DNA of 64,000 nt from Eledone cirrhosa. Lineage: Eukaryota. The notes beneath the pieces are model-generated. The model was given only the letters and a program-made list of their open reading frames with translations, ran no database searches and had not been told where the DNA came from. A program made the translations under genes and the position numbers. Location of the stretch: the NCBI GenBank assembly GCA_964016885.1, contig OZ024743.1, positions 58,590,001 to 58,654,000 of the forward strand, given 5' to 3'. Below are positions 53,314 through 64,000 of the stretch, one piece after another; within the stretch, counting starts at the first letter, position 1; the number at the start of each line of letters is the position of its first letter.

Positions 53314-56300
53314 GGCGACCTACGTAGTAAATCGTATCATCGTGAGCTCCGCAAAGGTTTGTTATTTCCGTTTGTTAAAAATTGTCATTTATGGAAAATT
53401 TTATTGTTAACTGTTTATAAGCGCACATACATTGTTTTCCGAAAAGGACACCCAAAAAGATTGGGGCCTTGTGCCCAAAATTTAAACTTTTATTATTCTC
53501 AAAAAATTTCTTTGAAAAAAATGGCTAATTCACCTCTGCAACAAGCAGCTGAAAGCCTTCCTCACAAATTAACACCTCACACCGACACCACCATTGTAAA
53601 TGTTACTACGTTTGCCAACACAAAAAAAAATATAAGCACTAGCAATATTTTAAATTTGTCTCAGGCAGACATTCATTTCCCGCCATTACCAATGACTGCA
53701 GGTGTTAAAGCCTCCATCACCACCACCACCGCGACAACCACCACCCCCACCACAACCGCGACAACAGAAACAAAAGAAGAAAAAAATAAATTAACTCGTG
53801 ATGTCGAAATGAAATCAAGCAAAATGGACTCTTCCCTACCAAAGACGACTGACGTCACCACCACCACAACTGAAACTAAAATTAATATTAACACAAATAA
53901 CGATAGCAACAACAATGACATTATAAAACCGACCCTCAGTTTCGCCAGAGTAGCAAAACAGTTCGAAGCATTTACGGTAACTCAGGAGGATTTAGAAAAT
54001 GCCAAACAAATGGTAAAGAAAGATGGGTACAGGGTCAGCCTCACCCCCCCACCTAATAAAATGGAGCATCGGCGTCTATGCACCGTGTCGTATCGAACAA
54101 TAAATGTAAAATCGAACCGAGTGGAACGGGCATCCGAGTCCCAAATCCAAAAAGCTTTGGGACATGTGTGGGAAAGAAAAACCCACATCAGACGTGGGCA
54201 AAAGTATGGAACCGTGGACGTGTTCTTTGAAACACCAGAGGAGGCTAGAGAACACTGCATGGCCCCATTAAGAAGTGACGACTTCACACTCGTCCCAAGC
54301 TATTGTGGCCAGAGACTCGTAAAGATCAGGGTGACCCACGTTCCACCGGCCATCGAAATTCCCTGGCTAATAGCGGCCGTCCTCGCTGGCATCGAAGCCA
54401 ACACGAAAATAATAGCAATAGCAAAAGAAAAGCAGGAGAACTGGTACGGATCTGGGATGGAGCTCCTGATCCAAGCGGACCAAAAAAGCATTGAGGAGAT
54501 CCCAGAGGTAATAGACCTCACTGACGGCAGCCACCTCACGGTAATTGTCGAGGGCAGAAGACCTAGATGTGTCGTTTGTGCTGAAGGAACCCACCTAAGG
54601 GCTTTCTGCCCTCAGGCTAAAAGGTTGAGGCCACCTCTCCTACCCACCCCAGTGACACAACCATCAACACCACCAGTAGCAGAGATGGCAGCAACAACTG
54701 TAGCAGCAACAACAGAAGCAACTATAACAGCAACAACCCCAGCAACAGTAGCAAAACCAGCACCACCACCACCACCACCAGCAAAGCCAACACCACCACC
54801 ACCCAACGCTTCAGAACTAGCACCAGTGCCTACACCATCCACCACGCCACAACCAAAACAAACGGCTGTGGAGAATTTTCCACTCCCCGGCCTATCACAA
54901 CTGGAGACAGATTGTGACGACGAGGAGTGGGAAACGATATCCGGAAAAAAAAAAGAAACCAAAAAAGAAAAAATTCTCTTCCTTCCCCCTCCAAAAACAA
55001 AATATAGAGGGAAACAAATAAACTAAGAAACAAAAAAGTTAGGACAGATATGCCACCATCCACACCAGCATCACCAACCCCATCAACCCAAACACCAACA
55101 CCATCACCATCATTAACCCCAACACCACCATCACCTACACCACAAAAGTCACCAAAATGCGAAACAGAAACAAACCCACAACAAACGCAAACAAAACAAA
55201 ACAACCAAAGCGATACACACTACACAGCATTAAATTTGAACAACAAGCAATTATTACACTACATCCAACACAACACCAGCATCACAGAAAAAGACTACAC
55301 AACAACCCCAAAATTCACACCACCTCCACACATACAAATCACTCGCATCACACAGAAAACGTACATGACACTAAAACAAAAATTCCCCAAAGACATCGGA
55401 GACTTCCGACAAGCACTCTCCAGGAGGATTTATAAGGACATCCTTCCTGAGGAGGCCACAAGCAGTGAAAAGGATGGAAAAACCGCCCTTCCCCTACGAG
55501 AAGTAAGGTAAGTGGTCTTTCCCATCTTTTCCACTCCTTTTCAACATGACCTCACTCAGAATAGGCAGCTTAAATGCGCGTGGCTTGTGGTCGTCATGGA
55601 AGCAGGGCCACCTGCTCAACGACCTCAGGTCACTAAACATAGATGTAGTGGCCATCAGCGAGACCAGAATCTCCGAAGCACAGGCTTTCGCACCGATCTT
55701 CGGCGGCTACGATGTGTACGCATCTCCCAGCCGTCCGGGATCGGGGGGAGGAGTTGCTGTGCTTTTTCGGAGAAGGTTTGGATCTTGCCATACGGGCCAT
55801 CTTCCTGGACCCAGAAGGTAAGTTGGTGGTGCTGGACGTGACCAGCGGAGACGGGCAAGATTTCAGGTTAGTGGCCGTGATGCCCCGACAGGGGCAGGGC
55901 GGCCTGATTTCTTCCAGCGTCTGGAGACCTTTCTTGGAACGTCCCGCGCTTTAGTGTTAGTGGGCGACTGGAACGGGATCTTAGATGCACGCTGGGATTG
56001 TGTGGGATTAGTGGATAGGGAAGGAGGGTGCAAGAGTCTCACCAACCTGCTCAGACGTTTTGAACTGTCTGACAGGTACCGAATGGATTTCCCGAATGTA
56101 CCAATGTGGACTTGGACAAATCGCATAGGGTCATCCAGATCATATCTAGATAGAGTATTTTGTAGGGAAATACATAGGTCTAGCATAGGCTGTCCACAAT
56201 TCAAGATAGTCAGCTACACGGACCACAAATTCGTGATCTGTGTGCTTGACCAATCGGGCAATGTGATCGGTGGAAACTCCACCTTGGCGTTCTATAGGGG

Positions 56301-57057
56301 ATTAGTGGAGGGGAAGAGCGACGACGTACTTGGAGAAACTCTAGGCGTCGACGAAAATCGACTAGCCAATCTCTTCGGAAGGACTTTCGGGCAGGGGCCG
56401 ATGGACAACTTCCAGAAATCCATGGCCTGGCAGTGCTACCGAGGAGCTTTGCCAGTTCGGGATAAACTCTACAGGCATGGAGGTGCCGTCAGTCGGGCAT
56501 GTCCGAGATGCGCGCAGGGCGACGAAACCGTCGTGAGGATTGCCCCGCCCCCTTCCTTTAGCCGGGAAGGTCAGGCAGTTTTTATCTGTCTGGTGGCCAT
56601 GGCGAAAGAGATAGTATGGTGGACACGTTTGAAAGGGCTGAAGACGAGCACTTACCTATTCGGTGATGCCCTGATTAACTTTTTCACATTTCATTTGAAA
56701 AGGAAAATCAGGGTAGAGAGGGAAGTGCTCTCTTCCCAGCATTTTGTTGAAAGATGGGTGAGAGAAGCAAGTATGGCCCGAATGAATGGGCCTTCTCTGA
56801 GTATGTGTCTGTAAATTAAAGGTGGAAAACTGGGAGAGGGCACTTGACCTGGTGGTCAGGGCCACTGTGGTCTTTTAATGGGCTTTCTCCACAAATGTCC
56901 CTCGGAAGTCTCCCCCCTATTGGGGAATTTTTCTTTGTTATTTTATTTCAACCTCTGTTTTATTTACACGCAGAAATGCCCATTTGTACCGTCCTGTATT
57001 GTCCTGTACTGTGCTTAATGTGTACTTTATGTAAACCCTTGTGGTTAATAAAGAAAA

Positions 57058-57058
<1 letters not shown>
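53314..57058 (+). mobile_element. L1/Tx1-like LINE, copy 2, with RT deleted
   Basis: Same termini as copy 1; ORF1 at 53521-55511; ORF2 at 55546-56814 lacks 2049-bp and 102-bp segments. Confidence 0.92.
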
Positions 57059-57103
<45 letters not shown>

Positions 57104-57111
57104 GTTATTAC

Positions 57112-59263
57112 TCCTTGAGTCTCAGTCATTGATGTTAGTTAACTGGAAAGTTTGTTGGAATGAATATCAAGCCACTACCTGCAGCCTCAGATATTCAGGA
57201 CGTATCGGAGTGTTCTTGCTGTTCCACAGTCTCCTCTCTCTCTCCACAGATCCTGCACAGTGGGCTAGCCTCCTCCTTGTAAATATGGTGTTTCAACCAC
57301 TTCGTTTGGAGGGCCTGCTCCTGCGCAGCCATTAACATTCCTTCTGTAGCCTTTTTAAGGTCACCTCTTCTCAACCAGTTCCATGTCTTTGGATCTTTAA
57401 ATTCAGTTTTCTCAAAGAAGGTACTATGAAGGGATTTTTCCTGCTCTTTCTCCTTGATGTTATTTCCTCCTTGGACATCCCCTGGCCTATTGTCCCCTTC
57501 TTCAGTACAGTTCTGAGCATTGGCTCCTTACTATCAGTCACGTATTTGTGTAGGTTGTTTTTCTCCATCTGAACACAGTCCTCTATGCTGATAATACCTC
57601 TTCCACCCTCAGCTCTCCTTAAGTAGAGTCTATCGACATCACTCCTCTTATGGAACATGTTGTAGATAGTCAATAGCTTCCTAGTCTTCCTATCCATTTC
57701 TTTTTGTTCAGCAACATTCCATCTCAGAATTCCCGCACTGTACCTAATAATAGACACAGCTAGGGAATTTACTGCGCTTATGGCATTTCTGCTGTTCAGA
57801 TATGACTTCAATACGCTCCTTACTCTCCGAATGTATTCAGTTCTTAACAATTCCTTCACTTTTTTGTTCTTTATGCCATCAGCCTCCAGAACGCCCAAAT
57901 ACTTGTATCCTTCCTCAGAGTCAATTTCCTTTATCATCTCACCTGTTGGTATCTGGATTCCGTTACTTCTGCTCAACCTACCCCTCCTCATCACAATGAC
58001 TCCACACTTACTAATACCAAATTGCATACATATATCACTGCTGAAAATACGGACAGTGTCAACAAGCACATCCAACTCCTTCTCTCTCTTCCCGAAGAGC
58101 TTAAGATCGTCCATGAAGAGGAGGTGATTGATGGGAAGCCCTCCCTTTCCCAACCTGTATCCTGCTCTCACTTTTCGCAGTACACTGGTCAGGGGCATCT
58201 GGGCAAGGACAAACAACAGATGGGACAGGCTATCTCCCTGGAAGATACTTCTCTTGATCTTCACGCTTCCCAAGGATTCTCCAGTTGATGTCACCTCTGT
58301 TTCCCAGGACCTCATACTTTTGCCCAACAACTATCTGATGTTATCTGCCACCTTGAAGATCTCCAGGCTTTTGGTGATCCAAGAATGAGGCACCATGTCA
58401 AATGCCTTTCTGTAGTCTATCCATCCCATGGCAAGATCAGTGTGTCTCCTCCTGCAATTCCCCATTACCATCTTATCAATAAGTAACTGGTCCTTTGTAC
58501 CTCGTGACTTCTTTCGGCATCCTTTCTGTTCGTCCGGTAACAAGTTGTTTGTGTGGAGGTGATGGTAGATTTCCTCAGACACAATGCTCGTCAACAGTTT
58601 CCACATTACGGACATACATGTGATAGGTCTATAGTTGGTAACATCATTACCCTTGATTCGGTCTTTCATTATCAGAACTGTGGTACCTTTTGTCAACCAC
58701 TCTGGTTCTTCACCTGACATCAAGCAGTTATTGAACATGGTTGACAGTTTCGGGTGGAGGGATGTTACATTTTTAATCCAATACCCCTGCACACCATCTG
58801 GGTCTGGTGATTTCCAGTTGTTTAGTTTTTTGGCCTGCCGCTTAAGAGTTTCAACTGTGATACTCAAATCAGTTTGTTGGTGTGCCTGCTCACCGATCTC
58901 CCTCTGTACTGTCTCAATCCACCCTGCCTGGACATTATGTCTAACATCCTGCTCCCATATTCCTCTCCAGAATGTTTTAGTTTGCTCCGCCCCAGGGATC
59001 AAGTCGTTGCCTCTTTCTTTCCCCTCAAGCTGTCCAAACAGCATCTTCTGGTTGTTGTCGAACATGCGGTTCTGTTTATACTGACTGACTCTGTTCTCGT
59101 ATTGCCTGATTTTGGCACTCTTTGCTACAATGCGTTGCTTCAGTTCCTCTATGGTAATATTTAGCTTTTTCCTCCTAGTTTTGTACTTTATTTCCAGTCT
59201 ATTTTTAGTGTCTATGTTTTTTAGTGTCCCATTCAGTAGGGACTCAAGCTTTCCAATGTATCA
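57112..59263 (-). mobile_element. R4/Dong LINE, copy A (5'-truncated, RLE domain deleted)
   Basis: YRPITC, EQKGC, DYRKAFD, IFQGDSLS, FMDDLKL, GGRG; a ~480-bp deletion near 57222. Confidence 0.9.
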
Positions 59264-59306
59264 AATAATAATAATAATAATAATAATAATAATTATTATT
59301 ATTATT

Positions 59307-61938
59307 CCTTGAATCTCAGTCATTGATGTTGGTTAACTGGAAAGTCCGTTGGAATGAATATCAAGCCACTACCTGCAGCCTCAGATATTCAGAACGTATC
59401 GGAGGGTTGTTGCTGTTCCCAGCAAGCATGCCTTTTGTAGCGTTCCAAAAAGCGTGAAGGGGCCGATTTTCTTTAACCATCCCTGGAAACTTTTGGAGAT
59501 AGTCTCCAGTGCGCCTATGACAATCGGGATCACTTTGACTTCATGGCATTTCCAAATCCTTTTTACCTCCCACTTTAAGTCCTGGTATCGGTTAATTTTC
59601 TCCATCTCCTTCTCTTGCACTCTCGTGTCGAATGGGCAAGCCACATCCACAATCAGACACGATCTTTTTTCTTTGTCCACAACCGCCAGGTCGGGTCTAT
59701 TGTGTTCCAGTTTCTTGTCCGTCTGTATCCTAAAATCCCACAGCACCTTCACCTGATCGTTCTCCATCACCGCCTCTGGCCTATGCTCATACCATTTCTC
59801 AGAATGTGGTAAATTGTTTACTTTGCACAGGTGCCAGTGGATCACCTTGCCCATATAGTGGCTCTGAGCTAGGTGTTTACACTCGGATACAATGTGAGCC
59901 ACAGTCTCCTCTCTCTCTCCACAGATCCTGCACAGTGGGCTAACCTCCTCCTTGTAAATATGGTGTTTCAACCACTTCGTTTGGAGGTCCTGCTCCTGCG
60001 CAGCCATGAACGTTCCTTCTGTAGCCTTTTTAAGGTCACCTCTTCTCAACCAGTTCCATGTCTTTGGATCTTTAAATTCAGTTTTCTCAAAGAAGGTACT
60101 ATGAAGGGATTTTTCCTGCTCTTTCTCCTTGATGTTATTTCCTCCTTGGACATCCCCTGGCCTATTGTCCCCTTCTTCAGTACAGTTCTGAGCATTGGCT
60201 CCTTACTATCAGTCACGTATTTGTGTAGGTTGTTTTTCTCCATCTGAACACAGTCCTCTATGCTGATAATACCTCTTCCACCCTCAGCTCTCCTTAAGTA
60301 GAGTCTATCGACATCACTCCTCTTATGGAACATGTTGTAGATAGTCAATAGCTTCCTAGTCTTCCTATCCATTTCTTTTTGTTCAGCAACATTCCATCTC
60401 AGAATTCCCGCACTGTACCTAATAATAGACACAGCTAGGGAATTTACTGCGCTTATGGCATTTCTGCTGTTCAGATATGACTTCAATACGCTTTTTACTC
60501 TCCGAATGTATTCAGTTCTTAACAATTCCTTCACTTTTTTGTTCTTTATGCCATCAGCCTCCAGAACGCCCAAATACTTGTATCCTTCCTCAGAGTCAAT
60601 TTCCTTTATCATCTCACCTGTTGGTATCTGGATTCCGTTACTTCTGCTCAACCTACCCCTCCTCATCACAATGACTCCACACTTACTAATACCAAATTGC
60701 ATACATATATCACTGCTGAAAATACGGACAGTGTCAACAAGCACATCCAACTCCTTCTCACTCTTCCCGAAGAGCTTAAGATCGTCCATGAAGAGGAGGT
60801 GATTGATGGGAAGCCCTCCCTTTCCCAACCTGTATCCTGCTCTCACTTTTCGCAGTACACTGGTCAGGGGCATCTGGGCAAGGACAAACAACAGATGGGA
60901 CAGGCTATCTCCCTGGAAGATACTTCTCTTGATCTTCACGCTTCCCAAGGATTCTCCAGTTGATGTCACCTCTGTTTCCCAGGACCTCATACTTTTGCCC
61001 AACAACTATCTGATGTTATCTGCCACCTTGAAGATCTCCAGGCTTTTGGTGATCCAAGAATGAGGCACCATGTCAAATGACTTTCTGTAGTCTATCCATC
61101 CCATGGCAAGATCAGTGTGTCTCCTCCTGCAATTCCCCATTACCATCTTATCAATAAGTAACTGGTCCTTTGTACCTCGTGACTTCTTTCGGCATCCTTT
61201 CTGTTCGTCCGGTAACAAGTTGTTTGTGTGGAGGTGATGGTAGATTTCCTCAGACACAATGCTCGTCAACAGTTTCCACATTACGGACATACATGTGATA
61301 GGTCTATAGTTGGTAACATCATTACCCTTGATTCGGTCTTTCATTATCAGAACTGTGGTACCTTTTGTCAACCACTCTGGTTCTTCACCTGACATCAAGC
61401 AGTTATTGAACATGGTTGACAGTTTCGGGTGGAGGGATGTTAAATTTTTAATCCAATACCCCTGCACACCATCTGGGTCTGGTGATTTCCAGTTGTTTAG
61501 TTTTTTGGCCTGCCGCTTAAGAGTTTCAACTGTGATACTCAAATCAGTTTGTTGGTGTGCCTGCTCACCGATCTCCCTCTGTACTGTGTCAATCCACCCT
61601 GCCTGGACATTATGTCTAACATCCTGCTCCCATATTCCTCTCCAGAATGTTTTAGTTTGCTCCGCCCCAGGGATCAAGTCGTTGCCTCTTTCTTTCCCCT
61701 CAAGCTGTCCAAACAGCATCTTCTGGTTGTTGTCGAACATGCGGTTCTGTTTATACTGACTGACTCTGTTCTCGTATTGCCTGATTTTGGCACTCTTTGC
61801 TACAATGCGTTGCTTCAGTTCCTCTATGGTAATATTTAGCTTTTTCCTCCTAGTTTTGTACTTTATTTCCAGTCTATTTTTAGTGTCTATGTTTTTTAGT
61901 GTCCCATTCAGTAGGGACTCAAGCTTTCCAATGTATCA
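59307..61938 (-). mobile_element. R4/Dong LINE, copy B (5'-truncated)
   Basis: RT, CRIC..H...C knuckle and RPD...D...EK RLE; shares its truncation point and stop with copy A. Confidence 0.92.
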
Positions 61939-62001
<63 letters not shown>

Positions 62002-62017
62002 TATTATTATTATTATT

Positions 62018-64000
62018 CCTTGAATCTCAGTCATTGATGTTGGTTAACTGGAAAGTCCGTTGGAATGAATATCAAGCCACTACCTGCAGCCTCAGATATT
62101 CAGAACGTATCGGAGGGTTCTTGCTGTTCCCAGCAAGCATGCCTTTTGAAGCGTTCCAAAAAGCATGAAGGTGCCGATTTTCTTTAACCATCCCTGGAAA
62201 CTTTTGGAGATAGTCCCCAGTGCGCCTATGACAATCGGGATCACTTTGACTTCATGGCATTTCCAAATCATTTTTACCTCCCACTTTAAGTCCTGGTATC
62301 GGTTAATTTTCTCCCTCTCCTTCTCTTGCACTCTCGTGTCGAATGGGCAAGCCACATCCACAATCAGACACGATCTTTTTTCTTTGTCCACAACCACCAG
62401 GTCAGGTCTATTGTGTTCCAGTTTCTTGTCCGTCTGTATCCTAAAATCCCACAGCACCTTCACCTGATCGTTCTCCATCACCGCCTCTGGCCTATGCTCA
62501 TACCATTTCTCAGAATGTGGTAAATTGTTTACTTTGCACAGGTGCCAGTGGATCACCCTGCCCATCACATCATGTCTCCAGTCCTTATAGTGGGTCTGGG
62601 CTAGGTGTTTACACTCGGATACAATGTGAGCCACAGTCTCCTCTCTCTCTCCATAGATCCTGCACAGTGGGCTAGCCTCCTCCTTGTAAATATGGTGTTT
62701 CAACCACTTCGTTTTGAGGGCCTGCTCCTGCGCAGCCATTAACATTCCTTCTGTAGCCTTTTTAAGGTCTCCTCTTCTCAACCAGTTCCATGTCTGTGGA
62801 TCTCTAAATTCAATTTTCTCAAAGAAGGTACTATGAAGGGATTTTCCCTGAAGGCTGCTCTTTCTCCTTGATGTTATTTCCTCCTTGGACATCCCCTGGC
62901 CTATTGTCCCCTCCTTCAGTACAGTTCTGAGCATTGGCTCCTTACTATCAGTCACGTATTTGTATAGGTTGTTTTTCTCCATCTGAACACAGTCCTCTAT
63001 GCTGATGAGACCTTTTCCAGCCTCAGATCTCCTTAGGTAGAGTCTATCGACATCACTCCTCTTGTGGAACATTTTGTAGATAGTCAATAGCTTCCTAGTC
63101 TTCCTATCCATTTCTTTTTGTTCAGCAACATTCCATGTCAGAATTCCCGCACTGTACCTAATAATGGACACAGCTCGGGAATTTACTGCGCTTATGGCAT
63201 TTCTGCTGATCAGATGTGACTTCAATACGCTCCTTATTCTCCGAATGTATTCAGTTCTTAACAATTCCTTCATTTTTTTGTTCTTTATGCCATCAGCCTC
63301 AAGAACGCCCAAACACTTGTATCCTTCCTCAGAGTCAATTTCCTTTATCATCTCACCTGTTGGTATCTGGATTCCGTTACTTCTGCTCAACCTACCCCTT
63401 CTCATCACAATGACTCCACACTTACTAATACCAAACTGCATATATATATCACTGCTGAAAAAACGGACAGTGTCAACAAGCACATCCAACTCCTTCTCAC
63501 TCTTCCCGAAGAGCTTAAGATCGTCTATGAAGAGGAGGTGATTGATGGGAAGCTCTCCATTTCCCAACTTGTATCCTGCTCTCACTTTTCGCAGCATAAT
63601 GGTCAAGGGCATCAGGGCAAGGACAAACAACAGAGGGGACAGGCTATATCCCTGGAAGATACCTCTCTTGATCTTCACGCTTCCCCAGGATTCTCCAGTT
63701 CATGTCAACTCTGTCTCCCAGGACCCCATACTCCTGCCCAGCAACTGTCTGATGTTATCTGCCACCTTGAAGATCTCCAGGCTTTTGGTGATCCAAGAAT
63801 GAGGCACCATGTCAAATGCCTTTCTGTAGTCTATCCATCCCATGGCAAGATCAGTGTGTCTCCTCCTGCAATTCCCCATTACCATCTTATCAATAAGTAA
63901 CTGGTCCTTTGTACCTCGTGACTTCTTTCGGCATCCTTTCTGTTCGTCCGGTAACAAGTTGTTTGTGAGGAGGTGATGGTAGATTTCCTCAGACACAATG
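62018..64000 (-). mobile_element. R4/Dong LINE, copy C (runs off the window)
   Basis: 528-aa ORF 62092-63678 with RT C-terminus and RLE (RPDLVVVDKEKRSCLIVDVACPFD...EKINRY). Confidence 0.92.

Noticed and set aside
57780-63900. Plus-strand ORFs over the Dong copies
   Set aside because: Antisense shadows of the RT frame.

Overview
This is AT-rich animal DNA packed with microsatellites and repeats; the SINE and LINE families suggest a cephalopod such as Octopus (inference). It contains three spliced exons of one host gene, a SMYD5-like SET/MYND lysine methyltransferase with an extra C-terminal MYND finger (23329-26240, +). Mobile elements include a near-complete Penelope-like element (RT plus C-terminal GIY-YIG, probably Hydra clade) with hammerhead-containing pseudo-LTRs (8751-16248, -), two tandem L1/Tx1-like LINEs (47410-57058, +), at least three R4/Dong LINEs (57112-64000, -) in (TAA)n tracts, CRE and mariner relics, MITEs and tRNA-derived SINEs. 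The most notable signal is a large set of small non-coding elements carrying type I hammerhead ribozymes (HHRs), all folded by eye. These are (i) a 2.3-mer of a ~310-bp HHR repeat with a 13-bp target-site duplication (retrozyme-like, 45651-46392); (ii) a 591-bp monomer plus partial repeat with a U3-A8 variant HHR whose predicted cleavage site matches the element's 5' end (914-1741); and (iii) several fold-back elements in (TA)n that invert at or inside the HHR, one giving two intact ribozymes back-to-back on opposite strands (39471-39586). Most short ORFs in the supplied track are microsatellite or antisense artefacts.
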